Translations under genes and position numbers: made by a program
Notes under the pieces: generated by a model
Told to the model about the DNA's origin: nothing
Database searches by the model: none
The model's input: only the letters and a program-made list of their open reading frames with translations
NCBI GenBank assembly: GCA_016699145.1
Contig: CP064962.1
Location: 60,001 to 92,000, forward strand
Direction: 5' to 3'
Source: Candidatus Saccharimonadota bacterium
GTDB taxonomy: Bacteria > Patescibacteriota > Gracilibacteria > UBA1369 > 2-02-FULL-48-14
Length of the DNA stretch: 32,000 nucleotides
Shown here: positions 8,744 through 16,919 of the stretch, in pieces
How the letters are laid out: each line of letters opens with the position of its first letter
Position numbering within the stretch: the first letter of the stretch is position 1

Positions 8744-8965
8744 ATGAAATTCTCAAAATTACTACATATCATCAGTGTTTTAGTGGGACTCACCGGGGTA
8801 CTCAGCTTTGCCGCTGCCATCCTCGGTGGAGCTGATAACCTTGTGTTCGGAATTACAAAAGCAGACGCTTTAGCTTGTACGGCCATTCTTATCCTGATTG
8901 CAATTTGGGCTCAGATTGCAACGATTCACCACATGATGTTGGAGAAAAAAGGAGAGCTTATTTAA
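8744..8965 (+). CDS. small two-TM membrane protein
   Basis: 73-aa ORF with two hydrophobic helices and an IHHMM motif. It lies directly downstream of the multicopper oxidase. No recognisable family. Confidence 0.4.
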   Translation: MKFSKLLHIISVLVGLTGVLSFAAAILGGADNLVFGITKADALACTAILILIAIWAQIATIHHMMLEKKGELI

Positions 8966-8988
8966 GGAGAGCCTATAACTTTTATTTT

Positions 8989-9174
8989 ATGCACAAACAC
9001 AACGAAACACATGGTAACCATATGGACTGGATGATGCTAATGTGCGCTGTTCCTATGATAGTGCTTTTAGTGTCGGGAGAAGCGAGCGGAAAATTAACAA
9101 TAGTATTTGTGATCGGGCTGGGTATTTTTCTTCTGGGACATTTCTGGCCCATGATCAAAAAACTGTATCATTAA
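8989..9174 (+). CDS. small His-rich two-TM membrane protein
   Basis: I chose the internal ATG of track ORF 8875-9174 because the longer form overlaps the previous ORF. The product starts MHKHNETHGNHMDWMM and continues into two hydrophobic helices. Confidence 0.35.
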   Translation: MHKHNETHGNHMDWMMLMCAVPMIVLLVSGEASGKLTIVFVIGLGIFLLGHFWPMIKKLYH

Positions 9175-9183
9175 CCTCAAAAT

Positions 9184-9504
9184 ATGAAACTAGGAATCGT
9201 AATTTATTCAAACGACGACGAAACGATCTGGAACGCCTTCCGTTTCGCAAATTTTTCACTTAAGGAAGGGGATGACGTTAAGGTTTTCCTACTGGCAAAA
9301 GGAGTCGAATACGAATCGCTTGATGGCGAAAAGTTTAACATCAAAGAACTAGCAAAATCTTTTGTCGACCACAAGGGGCAAATTTTTGCTTGCGGCACTT
9401 GTTTGAAATCCCGCGACTCGGAAGGTTCTGACCTGTGTCCGATGTCAACGATGAAAGATTTATATGAATTGGTGAAAGAAAGCGACAAAGTCCTTTCATT
9501 TTAA
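9184..9504 (+). CDS. DsrE/DsrF-like family protein
   Basis: 106 aa. MKLGIVIYSND...VKVFLLAKGV...IFACGTCLKSR...DKVLSF matches the DsrE-family layout (Rossmann-like fold with a conserved Cys). Confidence 0.65.
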   Translation: MKLGIVIYSNDDETIWNAFRFANFSLKEGDDVKVFLLAKGVEYESLDGEKFNIKELAKSFVDHKGQIFACGTCLKSRDSEGSDLCPMSTMKDLYELVKESDKVLSF

Positions 9505-9549
9505 ATACAAGATGAATCAAATCATTCCACTATTAGTTTTTCCGCCTTA

Positions 9550-10038
9550 GTGACGATAAGTCACGGGGCTGCCTTGCTCTTGGCAAAATCTCAACAGAAC
9601 TACTCTTATAAAAAGCGGGAGAAACTATGGCAGATCCACTCTCTTATAAACGGCTCTTTGTGGGTAGTCTTACTAATCTGGATTTTACTATTTCAATGGA
9701 CGGCACTTCACAGCGTTTACCCTTCATGGATGAGAGTAATTGGATTGATTACGCTAATAGCAGGCCTGTATTTAAGCGTAAAATCAAGAATACTCCTTGG
9801 ACGCCATCAAGCCATGGGCATTAGGTTTTTCTTGCCTGAAAAAGCTACAAAAATCACAGGCTCACTTTACAGTTTTCTGAACAACCCCATGTACGATGGC
9901 TTCATTTTTATCTTTATTGGGCTGGGTTTAATCCTTGGGATCAAGATCGATTTCTATTTAGCAGCTTGGAGCTTCCTCCTACTGAACATCTTTCTCGCAA
10001 GTATCGAAAACTATAAATGGAGATGTAGCCCATTCTAA
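9550..10038 (+). CDS. isoprenylcysteine carboxyl / phospholipid methyltransferase-like membrane protein
   Basis: A polytopic membrane ORF of up to 162 aa with a GTG start. The true start is uncertain. The C-terminal NNPMYDGFIFIFIGLGL resembles the ICMT/PEMT-family RHPMY..G motif. Confidence 0.6.
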   Translation: MTISHGAALLLAKSQQNYSYKKREKLWQIHSLINGSLWVVLLIWILLFQWTALHSVYPSWMRVIGLITLIAGLYLSVKSRILLGRHQAMGIRFFLPEKATKITGSLYSFLNNPMYDGFIFIFIGLGLILGIKIDFYLAAWSFLLLNIFLASIENYKWRCSPF

Positions 10039-10105
10039 GTACCACAACGTCAAATAAAAATCCTGATGAGTTGGCTACAATTTCGGCACGATTGAGAATG
10101 AATCT

Positions 10106-10693
10106 CTAATCAAACTGAATAGTTCTTTCCTCCTGACGAGTACTGAAAAAACCGTTTTCATGTTTGACCAAGATGGACTTCGGTTTTGAGCCTAGGATTG
10201 GGTTCTCCTTGATGAGAAAAACAAAACAGTAAGCGGCGTCGCCTTGAGATGTGATGACTCTGGCTTTCAACTTGCCTTGTCGGATGAGCTTCCGCACAGT
10301 TTGATGTTTAATCTTGAAGTAGTGATCCAGTTCCCACATTGAGTACCACGAGTCTTTGTCCTGACAGATTTTCCCAGGCACTACCCGCTTCTCCACAGCA
10401 CGCTGGCAGACCAAGCACTTGATTCCATATTTATCGTACCAAGTCTCTTCGTCGCTCACATATTGACCGCAGATGAAACAAGTATATGGGCCACCATTGA
10501 TATGGAAGCCTTTAGGCTCATCTTTCAGCCTCAGTTTTCTAGCACGCTCTACCTGAGCCCCTTTGAGTAGAACTTCAAAAAGGCCTAAAAGCCTACTTCC
10601 AGACTCGTAAGCTTCAGCATGAGAAATTTCTTTTCCGTACTCCTTTTTATAAATTTCCTGAAATTCACGGACAGCTTCATCAGATAATTTCAT
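10106..10693 (-). CDS. zinc-ribbon plus excisionase/MerR-like HTH DNA-binding protein
   Basis: 195 aa. CFICGQ...(15 aa)...CLVCQ forms a CxxC...CxxC ribbon. It is followed by WYSMWELDHYFKIKHQTVRKLIRQGKLKARVI, which resembles HTH_17/excisionase-type helix-turn-helix domains. Confidence 0.55.
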   Translation of the reverse strand: MKLSDEAVREFQEIYKKEYGKEISHAEAYESGSRLLGLFEVLLKGAQVERARKLRLKDEPKGFHINGGPYTCFICGQYVSDEETWYDKYGIKCLVCQRAVEKRVVPGKICQDKDSWYSMWELDHYFKIKHQTVRKLIRQGKLKARVITSQGDAAYCFVFLIKENPILGSKPKSILVKHENGFFSTRQEERTIQFD

Positions 10694-10705
10694 AGAGGTT
10701 AAAAG

Positions 10706-10840
10706 TTAATGAAATAAATTTAGCCCTAAAACAGCACTAATAGTTTTTTCATAAGCCTCCTGACATTCTTTCTCGTCTTCGCAAAAAGTAACCGTCACAT
10801 TGAACCTGTCCTTGTCCTTGTTTTTGGTGTGTTTGGTCAT
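10706..10840 (-). CDS. possible 44-aa small ORF upstream of the Zn-ribbon/HTH gene
   Basis: Hand translation of the minus strand gives MTKHTKNKDKDRFNVTVTFCEDEKECQEAYEKTISAVLGLNLFH. The stop lies 12 nt before the ATG at 10693. It is below the ORF-track size cutoff, and there is no homology evidence. Confidence 0.25.
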   Translation of the reverse strand: MTKHTKNKDKDRFNVTVTFCEDEKECQEAYEKTISAVLGLNLFH

Positions 10841-10856
10841 AGGCGTGAACAAACCG

Positions 10857-10865
10857 TGGTATATT
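10857..10865 (+). promoter_or_regulatory. candidate TG-extended -10 promoter element
   Basis: TGGTATATT lies 22 nt upstream of the GTG at 10888, in the divergent intergenic region. No convincing -35 element. Confidence 0.25.
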
Positions 10866-10887
10866 TTAGCAGGATTACCATAAAAAC

Positions 10888-11469
10888 GTGACCAAAATCA
10901 AAATCAGCAAGGATGAACACATACGAATGGAAACATTCGTAGAAGTTATGAAAGAAGCTGCTGCCTCAAAATACAACGAAGAACATCGTCATATATCTAT
11001 GACCGAAGAGATATTGACTAATACGGTGATAAAAAGTGAGCTTCCTAACGAGGAATCGACGAGTCACATCTGTTCTAAAATTCGTCCCTTTCTCCTGACG
11101 GACGATCACTACTCAAAGATCATAAAAATCTTACGGGACCTTATTGGAATTGAACCCGATGCGCAGAAAGAAAAACATGAAAGCCAACTCTTAAAATCTG
11201 AAAAGATTTTGAAGGAAAATTACAAACATAAAGAACTAAACACGTTTACTTTGTATATGTATGGCAAATATGTGAAAGCAGATTCTGATAAAAGAGAAAT
11301 AATAAAACAAATGCCCCATATGCTTGAAGTTGGCTTCCATAAAAGTCTCGGCTTGGTGTTTAGAGCATTAGTAAATTTAGCCAATTTATATGAATTCCTA
11401 AAAAAAGAGCATTCATTTGAAGTCACAGAATCAGAGCCCAGAAAAACTACCCGCACCTTCGGTATATAA
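10888..11469 (+). CDS. hypothetical protein (first gene of the HEPN operon)
   Basis: 193-aa ORF with a GTG start (an alternative ATG is at 10927). It is Lys/Glu-rich and looks helical. I recognise no motif. Confidence 0.5.
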   Translation: MTKIKISKDEHIRMETFVEVMKEAAASKYNEEHRHISMTEEILTNTVIKSELPNEESTSHICSKIRPFLLTDDHYSKIIKILRDLIGIEPDAQKEKHESQLLKSEKILKENYKHKELNTFTLYMYGKYVKADSDKREIIKQMPHMLEVGFHKSLGLVFRALVNLANLYEFLKKEHSFEVTESEPRKTTRTFGI

Positions 11470-11479
11470 ACTATTTATT

Positions 11480-12091
11480 ATGAAAATAGGCTTAACGGAA
11501 GTCATTCAGATACAGGAAAGTATAAAAATCACAACTGAGATAAGCTCGATTATTTATTTAAATGAATTTCTGAAATACAAGGAGGCTTATGAAAGAGATG
11601 GTAGGAGTGAAATGTTGATTTTTACATTAATTTTCCTTCAAATTTATATTGAGTGTTTTCTCCATCAAAATATGAGGCAAATAATGGAAATGGAATTTGA
11701 GTTCAAAAATCCAGATTTATTTAAGCAATGGGATTCAAAGGAAGAAGAAATGTATGTAGGTAAAAAAGTAAGCTTTTTTACGAACTTCTTCTTCGCTAAG
11801 GGGGAAAACATAGAGTCGCTGGAACTTATCAAGGATTCTTTAAGAGAGATCGGGGGCATGAGGAATAAGATTGTACATGGATACAAATTAAGGAGAGTGG
11901 TTGTGAACGGAAAGACGGAAAAATCTGAAACTCTTTCTCTGTTGAGCGAAGAAAGTTTGAGGGAATATTTACATTCAGCCAATACACTTGGTAATGCTTG
12001 GAATACTCTGTTAGACGAGGTCGCTAAAAAATGTAGGGCCCTCAGGTCAGTAGGTGACTTCAAGTTGGCCCCGTTCAAAATTGATCAATAA
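11480..12091 (+). CDS. HEPN-domain-like protein with an R-x4-H motif (predicted RNase)
   Basis: I chose the ATG at 11480, 10 nt after the previous stop, rather than the overlapping track start at 11417. GGMRNKIVHG is encoded at nt 11852-11881, with Arg at 11861-11863 and His at 11876-11878. That gives the R-N-x3-H spacing typical of HEPN active sites. The motif sits in the C-terminal half of a helical-looking protein of about 203 aa. Confidence 0.55.
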   Translation: MKIGLTEVIQIQESIKITTEISSIIYLNEFLKYKEAYERDGRSEMLIFTLIFLQIYIECFLHQNMRQIMEMEFEFKNPDLFKQWDSKEEEMYVGKKVSFFTNFFFAKGENIESLELIKDSLREIGGMRNKIVHGYKLRRVVVNGKTEKSETLSLLSEESLREYLHSANTLGNAWNTLLDEVAKKCRALRSVGDFKLAPFKIDQ

Positions 12092-12098
12092 ATAGCCC

Positions 12099-12860
12099 AT
12101 GTCATATCCATCGCACTTAGATCAATTCCATATAGACCGTAATACAAAGGCTTTTTACAAATCGCAAAGTTTTCGGAAATTATTAAATTCCTTCGAGGAT
12201 TTCACGAAGAAAGAAGAATTCCAAGAGTTTATCTTGGGATTAAGAGAGAAATACAAAATTCCGCCAAATGGATTCTTAATTAAAGGTAGTACTTGGACTA
12301 CACCTCCAAAAGAATGGATAAGTGAAATGTGGAGTGTTGAACATAGAGAAGTTCAAACTGTTATAAAAGAATTCTGTGAAAACCAACAAATCCCCAATAA
12401 AGACTGGAAATTTGTGATCGAACAATACTTGTTTTTTAATAAGATATTCTTATCACAAGAGCCAAACTCTCATAACCTGTGTTATGTCACAGACATATCA
12501 ACAAGAAAAGATTCCTTAGGACAAGATTTGACGGAGGATTTAATCATCGCCTATCCAGTAGGGTTGTTGATTAGTCCATATGCCTCGAAGAGAGACATTT
12601 TGGATTACATCGAACGGATTTTTACCACTGAGATTAAGCCTCTACAAGAAAAGTATGAGAACGAAGATTCTTTTATAGGGAAAAGCCGCCAAAAAATGAC
12701 ATTAACAAAAAAAAGAGCCAACTTAGTTTGGGAAAATCAGGATAAGCCTCTAAAAGAAATTGCAGAACTCATTAAGACTGTATTGGGAACAGATATAGAT
12801 GTAGGCACAGTCGGAAAACTCCTCTCATTGGAAAGAAAAAAACGTAAGAAACAAGTGTAG
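12099..12860 (+). CDS. hypothetical protein (third gene of the HEPN operon)
   Basis: 253-aa ORF starting 7 nt after the HEPN gene. The C-terminal PLKEIAELIKTVLGTDIDVGTVGKLLSLERKKRKK may be an HTH with a basic tail. No recognisable catalytic motif. Confidence 0.5.
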   Translation: MSYPSHLDQFHIDRNTKAFYKSQSFRKLLNSFEDFTKKEEFQEFILGLREKYKIPPNGFLIKGSTWTTPPKEWISEMWSVEHREVQTVIKEFCENQQIPNKDWKFVIEQYLFFNKIFLSQEPNSHNLCYVTDISTRKDSLGQDLTEDLIIAYPVGLLISPYASKRDILDYIERIFTTEIKPLQEKYENEDSFIGKSRQKMTLTKKRANLVWENQDKPLKEIAELIKTVLGTDIDVGTVGKLLSLERKKRKKQV

Positions 12861-12874
12861 GTCACTTGTTTCTT
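12846..12874 (+). terminator. perfect 12-bp hairpin spanning the stop codon of 12099-12860
   Basis: AAGAAACAAGTG-taggt-CACTTGTTTCTT. No T-run follows it directly. Confidence 0.4.
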
Positions 12875-12884
12875 AGATCAGGAA

Positions 12885-12920
12885 TTAAGACAGATGTAGG
12901 TTCAAAATGTCTTAATTTTT
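12885..12920 (+). terminator. intrinsic terminator candidate
   Basis: TTAAGACA-(15 nt)-TGTCTTAA followed by TTTTT, immediately upstream of the ParB-methyltransferase start. Confidence 0.45.
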
Positions 12921-12923
12921 ACT

Positions 12924-14201
12924 ATGCAGAAAAAAATACCGTTAGAAATCGTTCACATAGACGTAGAGGCCCTCAACCCTGCCCCTTACAATCCCCGTAG
13001 ATGGGACAAAAAGGCAGAAGCAGATCTTACGGACAGTATAAAAAGATTTGGACTCATAGATCCAATACTCGTTAATTCCGCCACCGAGAGACGCAACATC
13101 GTGATCGGAGGTCATTTCAGACTGAAAATAGCCAAGGAATTGGGCTACAAAGAAGTGCCTGTGGTCTTTATTAAGATCACAGAGGAGGAAAGAGAGCGGG
13201 AACTCAACCTTCGACTCAATAGGAATCAAGGAGCCTGGGATATGGAGTTACTACGGAATTTCGATATCTCACTCTTATTGGATGTTGGATTTGATGATTC
13301 AGATCTCCAACACATATGGGACGACGTGATAGAAACGGAAGACGACAACTTTAATGTAGATGAGGAACTCAAGAATATTACGCCTTTCGTTCAGGATGGT
13401 GACCTCTGGGAGCTTGGAAGCCATAGATTGATTTGTGGAGACTCCACAAACAAAGAAACGTTAGACAAGCTTCTTGAAGGAAGAAAGGTGGGGTTCGTCA
13501 CAGCGGATCCTCCATACAATATCGGACTGGATTACAACAAAGGCATAGGGACCAAAGGAAAGTATGGCGGAACCAAAGTGGATGACGATAAAACAGATAC
13601 TCAATATGAAGAGTTTTTAGAAAACTGCCTAAGCAATGCGAAAGACCACACTCTTCTTGATGCCCACTTCTTTTGTTGGTCGGACGAAAGGTACATCGGC
13701 TTGATCCAAAGGGTTTATCAAAAACTAGAAATAGGAAACAAGAGAGTTTGCATCTGGCTGAAGAACAATCAAATGAGCACTCCACAGGTGGCTTTTCATA
13801 AAGTCTTTGAACCTTGTATCTACGGCATTCGAGGAGACCCATTCCTATCCCAGTACCACACAGCCTTCAACGAAGTGATGAACAAGGAGGTGGGTACAGG
13901 AAATAAACTCCATGGAGATGTTTTAGACATGATGAGTGTCTGGCTCGAAAAACGCCTCCCCTCAAACGCGTATGAACATCCAACGGCAAAACCACCGACT
14001 CTTTATGAAAAAGCTATTAGACGGTGCACAAAGCCAGGAGATTTTATCTTAGAACTCTTTGGCGGATCAGGCTCAACCCTCATCGCAGCAGAACAACTCA
14101 AACGCAGCTGCTTTCTAGTAGAGCTAGACCCCCTCTTTTGCTCATTAATCATCAAACGCTATGAAAAACTCACAGGACAAACCGCAAAAAAACTCAATTA
14201 A
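12924..14201 (+). CDS. ParB-like nuclease N-terminal domain fused to a beta-class N6-adenine (or N4-cytosine) DNA methyltransferase
   Basis: 425 aa. The ParB-N signature is ...NPRRWD...IVIGGHFRLKIAKELGY. GDLWELGSHRLICGDS follows, then motif IV TADPPYNIG, then the C-terminal motif I ELFGGSGSTLIAAE. The order IV then I indicates a beta-class enzyme. Confidence 0.85.
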   Translation: MQKKIPLEIVHIDVEALNPAPYNPRRWDKKAEADLTDSIKRFGLIDPILVNSATERRNIVIGGHFRLKIAKELGYKEVPVVFIKITEEERERELNLRLNRNQGAWDMELLRNFDISLLLDVGFDDSDLQHIWDDVIETEDDNFNVDEELKNITPFVQDGDLWELGSHRLICGDSTNKETLDKLLEGRKVGFVTADPPYNIGLDYNKGIGTKGKYGGTKVDDDKTDTQYEEFLENCLSNAKDHTLLDAHFFCWSDERYIGLIQRVYQKLEIGNKRVCIWLKNNQMSTPQVAFHKVFEPCIYGIRGDPFLSQYHTAFNEVMNKEVGTGNKLHGDVLDMMSVWLEKRLPSNAYEHPTAKPPTLYEKAIRRCTKPGDFILELFGGSGSTLIAAEQLKRSCFLVELDPLFCSLIIKRYEKLTGQTAKKLN

Positions 14202-14943
14202 AAAGGGTGATCTCTTCCAGCTCGGAGAACACACCTTGCTATGTGGTGACTCAACAAAAAAGTCAGATGTAGAGACTCTTCTCAAAGGAAAAACCGTAAG
14301 ACTCCTCCTTACAGACCCACCTTATGGTGTCGCCTATGTCGAAGGAAGAATGGAGAAGTCAAAGCAAGAGCATAAGGTGATACAAAATGACCATCTCCAA
14401 TCCGAAGAAGATTATTCCAATTTCTCAAGCCATTGGCTCGAGGCCATAAAGCCCTATTTGGAGGCTAAAAATTCTTACTACATTTTCAACAGTGACCGGA
14501 TGCTGTTTAGCCTCCGAGAAGGGATTAAAAGTCAGGGGTTCAAGATGTCACAGCTCCTTATTTGGGTGAAAACGGGAGCGGTGATCGGAAGATTGGACTA
14601 CAACCCACAGCATGAACTCATTGCCTATGGTTGGCTTGGAACTCATGAAGCATTAAAAGGAAGAGATAAGACAGTTTTAGTCGCACCAAAGCCGCTTAAG
14701 AATGATCTTCATCCAACGATGAAACCAGTCTCTTTGTTGCGACGGCTTGTTTTAAATAGCACCACGAGAGGAGACACCGTTTACGATCCCTTCTTAGGAA
14801 GTGGGTCAACGCTTATAGCCTGCGAGCAGACAAAAAGAAGATGTATCGGAATTGAGATCGAACCAGATTATTGCAAAGTCATTATCGATCGTTTTGAAAA
14901 AATGACAGGTTCGAAAGCGATAAAATTAGCCCCTCATCTATGA
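14161..14943 (+). CDS. beta-class DNA methyltransferase, paralog of the methyltransferase module of 12924-14201
   Basis: 260 aa. It has GDLFQLGEHTLLCGDS, motif IV LTDPPYGV and motif I DPFLGSGSTLIACE. It overlaps the upstream gene by 41 nt. Confidence 0.85.
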   Translation: MKNSQDKPQKNSIKKGDLFQLGEHTLLCGDSTKKSDVETLLKGKTVRLLLTDPPYGVAYVEGRMEKSKQEHKVIQNDHLQSEEDYSNFSSHWLEAIKPYLEAKNSYYIFNSDRMLFSLREGIKSQGFKMSQLLIWVKTGAVIGRLDYNPQHELIAYGWLGTHEALKGRDKTVLVAPKPLKNDLHPTMKPVSLLRRLVLNSTTRGDTVYDPFLGSGSTLIACEQTKRRCIGIEIEPDYCKVIIDRFEKMTGSKAIKLAPHL

Positions 14944-15392
14944 AAGATTCAATCACCTTAAAGACGGCAGAAAATAAGCAGACTCTTTTGGAGCATCTAA
15001 AGAAAACTCCAATTGTACAAGTTGCTTGTGAGAAAACTGGCATAGCCAGAGCCACTTATTACCGCTGGAGAAAAGAAGGTGAAAACTTCGCCGACGAGGC
15101 AGATGAAGCTTTATCTGCGGGAAAAAAGATCGTCAACGACATTGCCGAATCACAACTCATGAAGGCAGTGAGGGACGGGAACATGACTGGGATTATCTTC
15201 TGGCTCAAAAACAACCATCCAGATTACAAAACGAAAGTTGAGGTCTCAGGGAAATTAGAAAATCAGAACAAACTTTCTGCGGAGGAAGAAGCGCAGATAA
15301 AAGCTGCCCTCGGTCACGGAGGCTATTACAACTCTAAACACTATAAATATGACAAAAAATCACGTTCCAAAAAATCTCAAAACAATAATTAA
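14940..15392 (+). CDS. HTH protein, terminase small-subunit-like
   Basis: 150 aa. ATGA start/stop overlap with the methyltransferase gene. It has the HTH TGIARATYYRWRKEG and a GIIFWLKNNHPDYK motif that I recall from homeodomain-like TerS proteins. It lies immediately upstream of TerL. Confidence 0.6.
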   Translation: MKDSITLKTAENKQTLLEHLKKTPIVQVACEKTGIARATYYRWRKEGENFADEADEALSAGKKIVNDIAESQLMKAVRDGNMTGIIFWLKNNHPDYKTKVEVSGKLENQNKLSAEEEAQIKAALGHGGYYNSKHYKYDKKSRSKKSQNNN

Positions 15393-16878
15393 AGATAGGA
15401 AGCTACGAAGAGCTATGACGTTTGAAAGTCACTTCATGTTTTTCCATGTCTATTTCAGCCATTATATCGAACATGCCACGGCAGATTTTCAAAAAGAGAT
15501 GTTCGCACTGACAGAAGATCCAAAGGTGAAAAACATCGTCGTTGTAGCCTTTCGAGGATCGGGTAAGTCCACCATCATGAATACGAGCCTTCCCCTGTGG
15601 TCCATCTTAGGCAAACCCCAGTGCAAACACGTGATTATTGTGGGCCTGACCCAAGACCAAGCGAAGAGACATTTAAAGAATATAAAGCAGGAACTTGAGA
15701 GCAACGAATTGCTAAGAAAAGACTTGGGACCCTTCAAAGAGATTGAAAACGAATGGAGTGCGTACACATTAGAAATTCCAAATTTAGGAGCAAGGATCAC
15801 TGCCGTTTCGGTAGATCAAAGTATCCGAGGCATTCGACATGGGGCGTATAGACCAGACCTCATCATATGCGATGACGTAGAAGATCTAAGTTCCACAAAA
15901 ACCTTAGAAAGCAGAGACAAGGTGGATGAAGTGATTACCAGTGAAATCATCCCATCTGGTACCCCAAAGACACGACTTGTGGTGATTGGGAACCTTCTAC
16001 ATGAAGACTCGTTCATCATGCGTTTAAGGAAACGAATCGTGAATAAGGATTTCAATGGCGAGTTTCGTGCTTATCCCTTACTTGATGAGGCTAATAAATG
16101 TCTATGGCCTGGGAAATTTCCAAACCAAGAAAGCATTCAAGATGAAAAGACGCGAAGCGGAAAAGAGTCCTCATGGCAGCGGGAATACATGCTTAACATT
16201 GTGACAAGTACGGATCGGATCATCTTCCCAGAGTGGATTCATACTTATCCAGAACTTCCTGAGAAAAGCGGTAGAAAAAGTAAATTCAGAAAACTTTATA
16301 CTTCAGTAGATTTGGCTATTTCTCAGCACGACAGGGCAGACTGCACGGCAATGGTGACGGCACAGGTGCATGGCTATGGCGAAGAAATGATCATTTACGT
16401 TCTACCGAATCCAATCAATTTAAGATTAACGTTTGAAGAAACAATCAACACTGCTAAAGGCCTTCACGACAACCATAAATCCACGCTGATAGTTGAAGAC
16501 GTAGCCTATCAAAAAGCAGCAATAGAGACTTTGAAAGGAAGAGGGTGCATCGTTGAAGGCGTTACTCCAAAAGGAGATAAAAGCTCCCGCCTCACTTTGG
16601 TTTCCTATCTCTTTGAAAGAGGGCAAATACTATTTCCTGAGCAAGGTTGCGAGCGTTTAATTCAACAGTTACTCAATTTTGGATTAGAGAGACATGATGA
16701 TTTAGTGGATGCACTAACGATGCTTATTTCATTTGTATCTCAGGAACAAGAAAAATCAAATTTACTGTTTGGATTCTGGAATATGGATGGCTCATCTAAA
16801 CTTGTATATCGAGATCATGTGGAATACACAGATGATTATGGTGGCACCAGAGAGGTCTGGTACGATGAGAAAGCTTAA
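15349..16878 (+). CDS. phage terminase large subunit (ATPase plus RNase H-like nuclease)
   Basis: 509 aa. Walker A is AFRGSGKST and Walker B-like is DLIICDDVED. Acidic residues of the C-terminal nuclease domain are present (SVDLAIS, LIVEDVAYQ, HDDLVDAL). Confidence 0.8.
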   Translation: MTKNHVPKNLKTIIKDRKLRRAMTFESHFMFFHVYFSHYIEHATADFQKEMFALTEDPKVKNIVVVAFRGSGKSTIMNTSLPLWSILGKPQCKHVIIVGLTQDQAKRHLKNIKQELESNELLRKDLGPFKEIENEWSAYTLEIPNLGARITAVSVDQSIRGIRHGAYRPDLIICDDVEDLSSTKTLESRDKVDEVITSEIIPSGTPKTRLVVIGNLLHEDSFIMRLRKRIVNKDFNGEFRAYPLLDEANKCLWPGKFPNQESIQDEKTRSGKESSWQREYMLNIVTSTDRIIFPEWIHTYPELPEKSGRKSKFRKLYTSVDLAISQHDRADCTAMVTAQVHGYGEEMIIYVLPNPINLRLTFEETINTAKGLHDNHKSTLIVEDVAYQKAAIETLKGRGCIVEGVTPKGDKSSRLTLVSYLFERGQILFPEQGCERLIQQLLNFGLERHDDLVDALTMLISFVSQEQEKSNLLFGFWNMDGSSKLVYRDHVEYTDDYGGTREVWYDEKA

Positions 16879-16909
16879 AAAAGCGGGCTGGGTATCCAGC
16901 CCGCTTTTA
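16877..16909. terminator. bidirectional intrinsic terminator between convergent TerL and SLH genes
   Basis: AAAAA-AGCGGGCTGG-gtat-CCAGCCCGCT-TTTT. This is a GC-rich 10-bp stem flanked by an A-run and a T-run. Confidence 0.8.
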
Positions 16910-16919
16910 AGGTAGAGAC

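Noticed and set aside
8875-9174. 99-aa form of the small His-rich ORF, overlapping the 8744-8965 ORF
   Set aside because: The upstream extension overlaps the preceding small membrane ORF in another frame and reads as non-hydrophobic filler. The internal ATG at 8989 follows the previous stop and gives a coherent small membrane protein. Either call remains low confidence.
11665-12078. 137-aa minus-strand ORF antisense to the HEPN gene
   Set aside because: An open antisense frame is expected by chance in very AT-rich, Lys/Glu-rich coding sequence. The plus-strand ORF fits a tight three-gene operon and carries the R-x4-H motif.
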